DNA from: Actinomycetes bacterium
GTDB taxonomy: Bacteria > Actinomycetota > CALGFH01
Assembly (NCBI GenBank): GCA_036003705.1
Contig: DASYSE010000121.1
Location: 530-64,529, forward strand
Direction: 5' to 3'
Length of the DNA: 64,000 bases
Shown: one piece after another, positions 44,540 through 53,394 of the stretch
Layout: every line of letters starts with the position of its first letter
How positions within the stretch are numbered: position 1 is the first letter of the stretch
Notes under the pieces: model-generated
What the model saw: the letters and a program-made list of their open reading frames with translations, nothing else
Told to the model about the DNA's origin: nothing
The model's database searches: none
Program-made: the position numbers and the translations under genes

Positions 44540-45403
44540 ATGAGATCGGAGACGAGGGTCTCATCCGAGGGAGACCTCGTCTCCGGGGGCGACCAACCGG
44601 CGTTGTCCAGGCGCGGCACCGAGGACAGTCTCCCGGGATGGAGGCGCCTTCTCCGCAACAAGTGGGTGCTGCGGGCCCTCTTCTACGGGGCCATCCTGGC
44701 GGTGTGGCAGGCCACCGCCGTCATCAAGGGCGAGTTCTTCCTCCCCACCCTCCCCCAGACCGTCAGGGGATTCGGCGAGATCTTCACCGAGGGCTACGCG
44801 GGGACGCTGCTGGGGACGCTCCGCCAGCTGGTCTCCGGCTTCCTGATCGCCCTGGTCATCGCCATCCCAGTGGGTGTGCTGATGGGCCGGTTCCGGTTCG
44901 TCGAGGACCTCCTCGCTCCCTATGTCAACACGCTGTTCGTGACCCCCAAGCAGGCGCTGCTGCCGATCATCATCGTCGCCGTCGGCATCGGGTTCTGGTA
45001 CCGCACCTGGGTCGTCGTCCTCTTCGCCGTCTTCTTCCCCATCATCAACACGGCCGCGGGCGTCCGCTACGTGGACACGGAGCTCCGGGAGACCGCGCGG
45101 GCGTTCGGGACGGGCCGGTGGCGGATGTTCAGCCGGATCTACCTCCCGGCATCCGCCCCGTTCGTCGTGGCCGGGATCCGGCTCGGCTTCGGGATGGCCA
45201 TGAAAGGCATGGTGATCGCGGAGCTTTGGATCTTCGCGGGGGCCGGGAACCTGCTGGAGACCTTCTCCCGGTCTCCGCTACGGCTCGATCTCTACTACCC
45301 CCTCGTGCTGCTCATCATCATCTTCGCGGTCTGCGTCAACGAGCTGCTCAAGTGGGCGGAGCGAAAGCTCCGGCCGGCCGCGCAGGCGACCGGGCAGGTG
45401 TAA
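44540..45403 (+). CDS. ABC transporter permease (NitT/TauT family)
   Basis: ATG 44540, 2 nt after the ATPase stop. TM spans. ..ETARAFGTGRWRMFSRIYLPASAP... Confidence 0.85.
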   Translation: MRSETRVSSEGDLVSGGDQPALSRRGTEDSLPGWRRLLRNKWVLRALFYGAILAVWQATAVIKGEFFLPTLPQTVRGFGEIFTEGYAGTLLGTLRQLVSGFLIALVIAIPVGVLMGRFRFVEDLLAPYVNTLFVTPKQALLPIIIVAVGIGFWYRTWVVVLFAVFFPIINTAAGVRYVDTELRETARAFGTGRWRMFSRIYLPASAPFVVAGIRLGFGMAMKGMVIAELWIFAGAGNLLETFSRSPLRLDLYYPLVLLIIIFAVCVNELLKWAERKLRPAAQATGQV

Positions 45404-45407
45404 CGCG

Positions 45408-46226
45408 ATGTCCGAGCTGGAGGGAGCGACGCAGCAGCGGGTCTGGGCGCGGCGGCCAGGCGCCGGACGCCGCCGCCACCTGGACCGCGGCAAGCTCGCC
45501 CGATGGACCCTGTCCATCGCGCTCTTCTTCGTCCTGTGGGAGGCCGTCGGCAGGAGCGGCCGCATCATCGCAATCCTTCCGGCTTCGGAGGTACTGCCCG
45601 ACCTCGCACAGCAGATCGCCGAGGGTGAGATCCTCCGGGCCACGCTGGGCACGCTCACGATCGCCGGCGTCGGATTCGCCATCGGGGCCGCCATCGGAGT
45701 CCCGACCGGTGTGCTGCTCGGAGTGTCGGAGCGCTGGTCGAGCGTCCTGGACCCGCTGGTGAATGCGTCGCTGTCGGCGCCGATCGCGATGTTCATCCCG
45801 GTCATCGCCGTGTACCTCGGCCTGGAGTTCAAGGCGAAGGTGGTGGGGGTCCTGCTCTTCAACGTCTTCGTCATCATCGTCAACACCGCCACCGGGATCC
45901 GGGAGGTGCCGCCCAGCGTCGTCGAGATGGGTCGGGCCTTCGGGACCAGCCCCTCCGCCATGTACCGGCGGATCATCCTGCCCTGGGCGAGCCCCTACAT
46001 CATCACGGGACTGCGGATCGGCGTCGGCCGATCCGTCGAGGGAGCGATCCTGTTCGACCTGTTCCTGCGGACCGAGAACCTGGGTCTGGTCATCCGGAAC
46101 GCGGCGGGGTCGTTCGACCTCAGCACACTGCTGGGTTCGGTGTTCTTCATCACGATCATCGCCGCCGGGACGATGGGTCTCGCCCGCATCGTCGAGTGGC
46201 GCCTGCTCCGGTGGAAGACGGGATGA
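45408..46226 (+). CDS. ABC transporter permease (NitT/TauT family), second copy
   Basis: Track ORF of 272 aa. ..EMGRAFGTSPSAMYRRIILPWASP... Confidence 0.85.
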   Translation: MSELEGATQQRVWARRPGAGRRRHLDRGKLARWTLSIALFFVLWEAVGRSGRIIAILPASEVLPDLAQQIAEGEILRATLGTLTIAGVGFAIGAAIGVPTGVLLGVSERWSSVLDPLVNASLSAPIAMFIPVIAVYLGLEFKAKVVGVLLFNVFVIIVNTATGIREVPPSVVEMGRAFGTSPSAMYRRIILPWASPYIITGLRIGVGRSVEGAILFDLFLRTENLGLVIRNAAGSFDLSTLLGSVFFITIIAAGTMGLARIVEWRLLRWKTG

Positions 46227-46299
46227 GCGAAGGAAGGCGGGGACCTTCCCGATCACGACGACGGCGGCGTTGTCCGCCGAAACGAGGAGGTGGATCCGG

Positions 46300-47391
46300 G
46301 TGAAGCAGCTCGTCAGGGTGCTCGTGCTCGCGAGCGTGGTCGCGCTGGTGGCCGCCGGGTGCGGCGAGGATGAGGCGCCGTCCTCCGGTCCGAAGCCGGT
46401 GCGGGTGGTGACCAGCTCCACCGGACAGGCGTACGTGGGACAGTTCCACGCCGCCGAGCTGTTCGGTGACAAGTTCGGGCTCGCCTCGAACAACCAGCTG
46501 ACCGAGTTCGAGGACGAGGGGGCCGCCGCGCAGGTGCTGGTCTCGGGCGGGGCCGATGCCGGCTCCACCGGACTGACCCAGGTCATTCAGCTCATCAGTC
46601 GAGGGCAGAAGCTGAAGGCGTTCTGCCCCGTCCAGGTGGACAGCACCGAGCAGCTCGTCGGGATCACCAGCAAGATCAACTCGCTCAACCAGATCACCGA
46701 CCCGAAGATCCGGGTGGCCGTTGACAGTCCCGGTGGCCTGGTGAACTTCATCATGAACCTGGTGTTCCAGCAGAAAGGCCTCGGGGTCAAGGTCAGCGAC
46801 CTCAAGAACGTGACCGTCCTGGGGGACGGGAGCCAGCGCCTGGCCGCGCTCGCGGCCGGCCAGGTGGACGTGGGCTCGGTCGACCTCTTCGAGCTCCCCG
46901 ACCTGCAGAAGCAGGTCGGGGCCGAGAACGTGACCACCCTCAGCGTCACCGCGGCCGATGCCGACTTCCTGGCCAACATCTACTACGCCTCGACCAAGTG
47001 GCTCGATGAGAACACGGACCTTGCCGGGCGGTTCTGCGCGGCCACGCTGTACTCCAACCGGGTCCTCGCGGCCGACTACAAGCAGTACAAGGCGGCGGTG
47101 GACAAATACATCAAGGGAGGGGTCGACGAGTCGATCACCAAGACCAACTGGGACTTCGCACGCAAGTATCAGATCTGGCCCTACAACGACGACGTGATGA
47201 CCCCGGAGGCCATCAAGACCGTCATCGACGTGGGCGTGGCCTCGGAGCTGCTGGAGAGCCCGGCCAAGGACTACACCTTCGACGACATCGTCGACACGCG
47301 GCCGCTGAAGATCGCGATGGACCTCGTCGGAGGGCCGGTGAGCGCCGACGACATCCTGGCCGGTACGGTGCCGGCGCCGAAGGGCGGCTAG
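46300..47391 (+). CDS. ABC transporter substrate-binding lipoprotein (NMT1/THI5-like fold suspected)
   Basis: GTG 46300 after GAGGAGG. Lipobox LVLASVVALVAAGC. In frame within track ORF 45763..47391. Confidence 0.75.
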   Translation: MKQLVRVLVLASVVALVAAGCGEDEAPSSGPKPVRVVTSSTGQAYVGQFHAAELFGDKFGLASNNQLTEFEDEGAAAQVLVSGGADAGSTGLTQVIQLISRGQKLKAFCPVQVDSTEQLVGITSKINSLNQITDPKIRVAVDSPGGLVNFIMNLVFQQKGLGVKVSDLKNVTVLGDGSQRLAALAAGQVDVGSVDLFELPDLQKQVGAENVTTLSVTAADADFLANIYYASTKWLDENTDLAGRFCAATLYSNRVLAADYKQYKAAVDKYIKGGVDESITKTNWDFARKYQIWPYNDDVMTPEAIKTVIDVGVASELLESPAKDYTFDDIVDTRPLKIAMDLVGGPVSADDILAGTVPAPKGG

Positions 47392-47428
47392 GAGGAGCCC
47401 GGGAGGCGTCGAACATGGAGGTGAGCGG

Positions 47429-48100
47429 ATGAGCGAGGGTGGACCCCCACGAACCGGGTTGCCGCTGGCAAGGGTCGCCCCTGCGACGACCCGTCTCCTG
47501 GTCGTGGACGTGCAGAACGACTTCCTGGCCGACGGTGGGTGGTTCGCCAACCACGGGCACGATCTCGAGCCGATGCGCCGGGCCGTGGACAACGTGGAAC
47601 GGTTCATCCCGGTGGCCCGGGCCGCGGGCGTCCGGCCGATCTTCATCAGGGCGATCTACGACGAGAAGTGGCTCTCCAAGCCGATGCTGGAACGCCATGA
47701 GCTCGTCGGCCTGGACAGCCGTCACTGTCAGGAAGGCACCTGGGGAGCGGAGTTCTATGTGGTGCGCCCGCAGCCCCAGGACGACGTCATCGTCAAGCAT
47801 CGCTACAGCGCCTTCATCGGGACCGAGCTGGACCCGCTGCTTCGTGCCCAGGGTGTCGAGAACCTGATCATCGTGGGGGTGACGACCAACGTGTGCGTCG
47901 AGTCCACCGCCCGCGACGGCTACATGCTCGACTACCACATCGTCCTGGTGGAGGACTGCACCGCCTCCTACAGCGAGGAACCGCATCGGGCAACCCTGGC
48001 CAACATCCGCCGGGCCTTCGGCCGCGTCGTGACGGCCGAGGAGGTCACCTCGGTCTGGCGTGAGGCCGAGCTCCTGCCGAGGGTGGCCGCGGCGGTCTGA
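47429..48100 (+). CDS. isochorismatase-family cysteine hydrolase (amidase type)
   Basis: Track ORF of 223 aa. Motifs LLVVDVQNDF, ..IIVGVTTNVCVESTARDG... Confidence 0.85.
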   Translation: MSEGGPPRTGLPLARVAPATTRLLVVDVQNDFLADGGWFANHGHDLEPMRRAVDNVERFIPVARAAGVRPIFIRAIYDEKWLSKPMLERHELVGLDSRHCQEGTWGAEFYVVRPQPQDDVIVKHRYSAFIGTELDPLLRAQGVENLIIVGVTTNVCVESTARDGYMLDYHIVLVEDCTASYSEEPHRATLANIRRAFGRVVTAEEVTSVWREAELLPRVAAAV

Positions 48101-48171
48101 TCCGGCAGGGGTCGAGGTGGCTGGCCGGCCTGCGCTGCGCGAGGGTCCGCTGACGGGCGGAAGAGGGGCAT

Positions 48172-49326
48172 GTGAAGATCACCGGTGTCGAGACGTTCAT
48201 GGTGGCGCTCCCGTGGCGCCGCCTGCACAAGATGGCGTTCCCTGGCGAGGTGCTCGGTCGCTACGTGATCGTTCGGCTGCGCACCGACGACGGCCTGGAG
48301 GGTCTCGGCGAGGCGACCGTCATCAAGGAGTGGGGCGGGGACCACGGGAGGTACTTCGGGGAGTCCCCTGAGCTCACCGGGCGGCTGATCGATTCGGTGC
48401 TGGGCCCGACCCTCCTCGACCAGGACCCGTTCGACCTGGAGGCCGCGCATCGACGGATGGACCTGGCCGTCAAGGGCTATCCCTATGCCAAGGCGGCGCT
48501 GGACGAGGCGCTGCACGACATCAAGGGCAAGGCCCTGGGCGTTCCGGTCTACCAGTTGCTCGGTGGGCTGGTCCGCGAGGAGATCCCGATCGCCCACAGC
48601 CTGGGATGGATGGACTATGACGAGGCCACCAGCGAAGCCGCCGCGGCGGTCGACGAAGGCATCAAGACCATCAAGATCAAGGTGGGACGCGACGCGGCCT
48701 ACGACGTGCGGATCGTGCGGGAGGTGCGCCAGACGATCGGCCCGGACCGCGACATCGTCGTGGACGCCAACCAGGGCTGGCCCACCCCCAAGTACGCCAT
48801 CGCCATTCTCAGGAGGATGCAGGAGTACGGGATCCGGTACGCGGAGCAGCCGGTGGAGGGGCTGGCGCAGATGGCCAGGGTGGCGCAGGCCGTCGATCTG
48901 CCGATCATGGCCGACGAGAGCGCCTGGACCCCCCAGGACGTGCTGGAGATCGTGGAACGCGGGGCCGCGGACATGATCTCGCTCTACACGACCAAACCAG
49001 GCGGCCTGTTCAAGGCGAAGAAGGTGGCTGCGGTGGCCGAGGCGGCCGGGTTGCCGCTGAACGTGAACGGGTCCCACGAGACCGGTGTGGGCAACGCCGC
49101 GAACCTCCATCTGGTGGCCTCCACCGCTGCGGTGACCGAGGCCGGGGTCTTCCCGGTGACCTCCCTCCGCGAGAATCGGCCCACCCGGATGGCCGGCCGG
49201 ATGTACCTGGACGACATCGTGACCCGTCCCTTCGAGTACCGGGACGGCTGCCTGATCGTCCCCAGGTCACCCGGCCTCGGGGTCGAGCTCGACATGGACA
49301 AGATCGTCGAGTACCGGGTCCGGTAG
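48172..49326 (+). CDS. enolase-superfamily enzyme, mandelate racemase/muconate lactonizing family
   Basis: GTG start. Motifs IKIKVGRD, VVDANQGW, YAEQPV, IMADES. Confidence 0.85.
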   Translation: MKITGVETFMVALPWRRLHKMAFPGEVLGRYVIVRLRTDDGLEGLGEATVIKEWGGDHGRYFGESPELTGRLIDSVLGPTLLDQDPFDLEAAHRRMDLAVKGYPYAKAALDEALHDIKGKALGVPVYQLLGGLVREEIPIAHSLGWMDYDEATSEAAAAVDEGIKTIKIKVGRDAAYDVRIVREVRQTIGPDRDIVVDANQGWPTPKYAIAILRRMQEYGIRYAEQPVEGLAQMARVAQAVDLPIMADESAWTPQDVLEIVERGAADMISLYTTKPGGLFKAKKVAAVAEAAGLPLNVNGSHETGVGNAANLHLVASTAAVTEAGVFPVTSLRENRPTRMAGRMYLDDIVTRPFEYRDGCLIVPRSPGLGVELDMDKIVEYRVR

Positions 49327-49415
49327 GGGCGCGCGGATGACGATCGAGACCGTCGCCGTGGTCGAGTACCGGGTCCGGTAGAGGCGCGCAGATGGCGATC
49401 GAGACCATCGCCGTG
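49306..49415. repeat. 55-bp tandem duplication of the gene junction (3' end of 48172 gene + start of 49392 gene)
   Basis: GTCGAGTACCGGGTCCGGTAG-N10-ATGRCGATCGAGACCRTCGCCGTG at 49306-49360 and 49361-49415. Confidence 0.9.
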
Positions 49416-50525
49416 CTGGGGGCCGGGAACGGTGGCTGTGCGGCCGCCGCCGACCTCGGAGGACGGGGCTTCGAGGTCCGGCTCTACAACCGGTCCCGGG
49501 AGCGGCTGGAGCCGCTGATCCGGCGGGGCGGACTGGAGCGGCAGGGGGCGGCTGGCGAGGGGTTCGTTGAGCTCGCGCTGATCACCGACGACCTCGATGC
49601 GGCGGTGGACGGCGCGGACCTCATCATGCTCACGGTCCCGATCTCCGCCCATCCCTTCTACGCCCAACGGCTCGGCCCGATCCTGCCGCCGGGGGGTGCG
49701 GTGTTCCTCAACCCGGGGCACATGGGCGGCGGCCTGTTCATGGCCCACGAGATCCACCGGCTGACCGGTCGAACCGACGTCCGGACCTGCGAGGTGAGCA
49801 CCCTCAGCTACGCGTGCCGGATGCGCGGGCCGGCCTCCGTCAACATCCTTGGGGTGATGCAGAGCCTGCCCTTCGCGGCCTTCCCGGGCCGGATGCAGGA
49901 CGAGCTGTTCGAGCTGCTCCGACCCCTGTATCCCAGTCTGGTCCAGGCGAGCCACGTGCTGGAGACCGGGTTCATGGACATCAACGCGGTCGAGCACCCG
50001 CCGCAGATCATCTGCAACGCGGGCTGGGTGGAGCACACCAAGGGGGCGTACCTCTTCTACTACGAGGGGACCACGCCCTCGGTGGGACGGGTGATCGACA
50101 CCCTGGACCGGGAGCGGCTGGCCGTCGCCGAGGCGGCCGGCGTGCCCACCAGACCGTTCGTCCAGGTGTTCCACGAGATGGGGTACACCACCGAGGGCGC
50201 GGCCAGGGAGGGGACCGCTCACGCCGCCCTGCAGGAGAGCGCGCCGAATCGTTGGATCCGAGGCCCGCAGAGTCTCGACCACCGGTACATGCACGAGGAC
50301 GTCGGCTGGGGGCTCGTGCCCTGGTCGGAGCTGGGTCGGTCCCTCGGCGTCCCCACGCCGGTGATGGATGCCCTGATCACGCTGGCTTCCGCCCTGAACG
50401 GCCGGGACTACCGGGCGGAAGGTCTCACCCTGGACCGGCTGGGCCTGGCCGGGAAGCGAACGGACGAGCTGGCCGGGTACCTCCGGGACGGCATCCCGGA
50501 ACGGGAGGACAGGCCGCCGGGTTGA
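49392..50525 (+). CDS. NAD(P)-dependent opine (octopine/nopaline) dehydrogenase family protein
   Basis: Track ORF of 377 aa. IAVLGAGNGGCAAAADL Rossmann motif. Length and layout fit opine dehydrogenases. Confidence 0.75.
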   Translation: MAIETIAVLGAGNGGCAAAADLGGRGFEVRLYNRSRERLEPLIRRGGLERQGAAGEGFVELALITDDLDAAVDGADLIMLTVPISAHPFYAQRLGPILPPGGAVFLNPGHMGGGLFMAHEIHRLTGRTDVRTCEVSTLSYACRMRGPASVNILGVMQSLPFAAFPGRMQDELFELLRPLYPSLVQASHVLETGFMDINAVEHPPQIICNAGWVEHTKGAYLFYYEGTTPSVGRVIDTLDRERLAVAEAAGVPTRPFVQVFHEMGYTTEGAAREGTAHAALQESAPNRWIRGPQSLDHRYMHEDVGWGLVPWSELGRSLGVPTPVMDALITLASALNGRDYRAEGLTLDRLGLAGKRTDELAGYLRDGIPEREDRPPG

Positions 50526-50553
50526 TTTCTATCAAAGGTAGGATAATATATCC
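50522..50553 (+). promoter_or_regulatory. sigma-70-like promoter (TTGATT-16-TAATAT) overlapped by the palindrome GGATA-ATA-TATCC
   Basis: TTGATT 50522-50527, TAATAT 50544-50549, palindrome 50541-50553, then AGGGGG and ATG 50572. An AT-rich island in GC-rich DNA. Confidence 0.4.
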
Positions 50554-50571
50554 ACAAGACAGGGGGCGCTC

Positions 50572-50772
50572 ATGCCGAACGTCACCATCGAATGGTTGCC
50601 GGGCCGCACGCTCGAACAGAAGCGCAAGGTGATCGCGGGGATCACCGACCTGCTGGTGGAGGCGGCCGACGCTCGCCGAGAGGCCGTGCAGGTCACCTTT
50701 CGTGAGATGAGCAAGGAGGACTGGGGCCGCGGAGGCCTGCTCGGCATCGACCGAACGGATGTCAAGCCATGA
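50572..50772 (+). CDS. 4-oxalocrotonate tautomerase family protein
   Basis: 66 aa. Met-Pro N-terminus (MPNVTIEWLPGRTLEQKRKVI..), ..WGRGG... Confidence 0.75.
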   Translation: MPNVTIEWLPGRTLEQKRKVIAGITDLLVEAADARREAVQVTFREMSKEDWGRGGLLGIDRTDVKP

Positions 50773-51134
50773 GCGCCGGCCCGGCGTGCGGACTCCACCA
50801 TCTGCTCCTGCAGACCTCGGACCTGGCGGCGGCGGAGGGCTTCTTCCTCGACTTCCTCGGGTTCACGATCCGTAAGCGGGAGGAGTTCACCGACGGACGG
50901 CCGTTGACCGTCACCAACGAGGGCTTGGGCCTCACCAGCGGGGCTCCCGGCCATCCATGCGCTGTCGAGCACATTGCCTTCCGCTCGTCGAGCATCCGAG
51001 CGATTGCCGATCGCGCCCGGGACGCGGGGATCGAGATCCTCAAGGACGTCGGCCCGGGACCGTACGGTCTCACCGTGTACCTGGCCGACCCCGACGGCAA
51101 CCGGATCGAGCTCTTCGCGGAGGACGAAGATTGA
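50769..51134 (+). CDS. VOC/glyoxalase-family single-domain protein
   Basis: ATGA overlap with the tautomerase gene. Motifs LHHLLLQTSDL, EHIAF, YLADPDGNRIELF. Confidence 0.8.
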   Translation: MSAGPACGLHHLLLQTSDLAAAEGFFLDFLGFTIRKREEFTDGRPLTVTNEGLGLTSGAPGHPCAVEHIAFRSSSIRAIADRARDAGIEILKDVGPGPYGLTVYLADPDGNRIELFAEDED

Positions 51135-52087
51135 CGGGATCGCCGCCAGAGAATTCGGTGCCGTGGGCGGACCGCCGGATCGCGGTGATCGGCGGCGATG
51201 AGCGCGACCCCCAGATCGCTCGGCTGGCCGCGGCGACCGGCGCCTCCGTCCATGCGTTCGGCCTGCCCTGGCCCGGCGAGGGCGTCCCCGGCGTGACGCT
51301 GGAGCCAACCCCCCACGCCGCCGCGGCCGGCGCCGACTACGTCCTGCTTCCCATCCCGCTTGGGGTCGGTCTCCGGGTGTACGCGCCGCACGCGCCGGAA
51401 CCGATCGTCGCGGACCGGACGCTGCTGAGCGTGCTGGCTCCCGGAGCCCACATCTTCCTCGGCCGCGCCACGCCGGAGCTGCGGCAGGCCACGGACGAGG
51501 CGGGGATCCAGGTGCACGAGTACGACCCCGACCGCGAGCTGACGCTGCTGCGCGGCCCGGCCATCGTCGAGGGCGCCATTCACCAGGCCATCGAGAACAC
51601 CGACGTCACCATCAACGACGCAAGGGTGGTGGTGGTCGGCTACGGCAACATCGGGTCGCTGCTGGCGCGGCGGCTCCGCGGGCTGGGTGCGCGCGTGCAT
51701 GTGGCGGCCAGGAACCCCATCCAGCGGGCCGCCGCCTACTCCGACGGCGCGACCCCGCTCACGCTGGAGGAACTGCCGGCACTCGCCCCCAGCCTCGACA
51801 TGGTCTTCTCGACGGTCCCCGCCCGGGTGGTCGGGCGCGAGGTCCTGGAGCGGCTTCCCCGGGGCAGCCTGGTCCTGGACATCGCGCCGCCCCCCCACCA
51901 CGCGGACCTGGAGCTGGCCGCGGAGCTGGGGCACCGCGCGGTGTGGGCCCGGGGCCTGGGCCGTCGAGCCCCGGTCACGGTCGGCAACAGCCAGTGGATG
52001 GGACTGCGCAGGCGCATCGAGGAGATCGAGCGCCGCAAGCGGGAACGGGACGCTCAGGAGGCGGACGCCGGGTGGGCCGGCAGATGA
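51131..52087 (+). CDS. dipicolinate synthase subunit A (DpaA)-like NAD(P)-binding dehydrogenase
   Basis: TTG 51131 overlaps the previous stop (TTGA). Colinear with the DpaA layout: RIAVIGGDERD, PAIVEGAIHQAIENTDVTINDARVVVVGYGNIG, VLDIAPPP. Start uncertain. Confidence 0.6.
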   Translation: MTGSPPENSVPWADRRIAVIGGDERDPQIARLAAATGASVHAFGLPWPGEGVPGVTLEPTPHAAAAGADYVLLPIPLGVGLRVYAPHAPEPIVADRTLLSVLAPGAHIFLGRATPELRQATDEAGIQVHEYDPDRELTLLRGPAIVEGAIHQAIENTDVTINDARVVVVGYGNIGSLLARRLRGLGARVHVAARNPIQRAAAYSDGATPLTLEELPALAPSLDMVFSTVPARVVGREVLERLPRGSLVLDIAPPPHHADLELAAELGHRAVWARGLGRRAPVTVGNSQWMGLRRRIEEIERRKRERDAQEADAGWAGR

Positions 52088-53394
52088 GCGAGCAGTGGAG
52101 ATCCCCCGACGTCGCCATCGTCGGCGGCGGGTCGGTCGGGCTCATGGCTGCGCTCGAGCTGACCCGGCGTGGACTCGAGCCGGTGGTCCTGGAGCGGGCG
52201 GGAGATGTCCTGTCGGGCTGTTCCGGGGGCAGCGCGGGCCTGCTCTCCCCCGCCCACAGCACCCCGCTGGCCACGCCGGGCGCGGTCCGTGAAGGCCTCC
52301 GGCACATGCTGCGCAGGGACAGTCCCTTCTCCATGCGTCCACGACCGGGGCTGCTGCTCTGGCTGCTGCGGTTCATGGCCGCGGCCCGGCCCGTCCGGGT
52401 CCTTGCCGGAACCGAGGTGCTGCGCCGGCTCAGCTTCGGCAGCCTCGAGCTCCACCAGGCGCTGGCCGCCACCGGTCTCGACACGGGACTGCGGGCGCTG
52501 GGGGCGATCAACGTCTACGAGACCGAGGCGGCCTTCGCCAATGGGAGGGCCGAGGCCCGGTCCTTGGCGGCGCACGAGATCAAGTCGCAGGTGCTCGGCC
52601 CCGAGGAGGCCCGATCGCTCGAGCCCGCCCTGTCGGACGGCGTGGTCGGTGCGGTCTTCTATCCCGACGAGGCGCAGTGCGAGCCCGAGCGGTTCATGTT
52701 GGCGGTCGCCGAGGCGGCGCAGTCGGCCGGCGCGGTGATCCGAACCAGGGCCGAGGTGTTCGACGTGCGCATGCGCGCCGGCCGTGTGACGGCGCTCGAG
52801 ACGACCCTCGGTGAGGTGCGGCCGCGTGAGGTCGTGGTGGCCAACGGCGCCTGGGTGGCCCAGCTCAGCCGCAGGATCGGGCTCCACCTGCCGGTCGAGG
52901 GCGGCAAGGGATACCACCTCGACCTCGAGCAGGCGGCTACGGATCCGGCGATCCCCGTCTACATGCAGGAGGCGCGGGTGATCGCCACCCCGTTCGAGAA
53001 CCGGCTGCGGCTCGCTGGGACGCTCCAGCTCACGGGGCTCGACATGCGCCTGGACCGGACCCGGGTGACGGCCACGCTCAACGCGGGCGTCCGGACCCTC
53101 CGGGGCATCGACCCGAGGAGGGTGACGGAGGTGTGGCGGGGCATCCGACCCTGCACGCCGGACGGGTTGCCCATCATCGGGCGCTCGGCACGGATCGAGA
53201 ACGTGGTCTTCGCCACCGGCCATGCCATGAAGGGTCTGCACCTCGCCCCCGCCACCGGGTCGCTGGTCGCCGACCTGGTGGTCGGGCAGACCCCCGCGCA
53301 CGACCTGGAGCCGTTCAGTCCCGACCGGTTCGGGGGCCTCGGACTGGCGGACAGGTGGCGGAACGGGCCAGACGGGTCGCGGGCCCACCGATGA
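52084..53394 (+). CDS. FAD-dependent oxidoreductase (D-amino acid dehydrogenase / DAO family)
   Basis: ATGA overlap. Motifs DVAIVGGGSVGLMAALEL, ..GKGYHLDL.., ..VFATGHAMKGLHLAPATG... Confidence 0.85.
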   Translation: MSEQWRSPDVAIVGGGSVGLMAALELTRRGLEPVVLERAGDVLSGCSGGSAGLLSPAHSTPLATPGAVREGLRHMLRRDSPFSMRPRPGLLLWLLRFMAAARPVRVLAGTEVLRRLSFGSLELHQALAATGLDTGLRALGAINVYETEAAFANGRAEARSLAAHEIKSQVLGPEEARSLEPALSDGVVGAVFYPDEAQCEPERFMLAVAEAAQSAGAVIRTRAEVFDVRMRAGRVTALETTLGEVRPREVVVANGAWVAQLSRRIGLHLPVEGGKGYHLDLEQAATDPAIPVYMQEARVIATPFENRLRLAGTLQLTGLDMRLDRTRVTATLNAGVRTLRGIDPRRVTEVWRGIRPCTPDGLPIIGRSARIENVVFATGHAMKGLHLAPATGSLVADLVVGQTPAHDLEPFSPDRFGGLGLADRWRNGPDGSRAHR

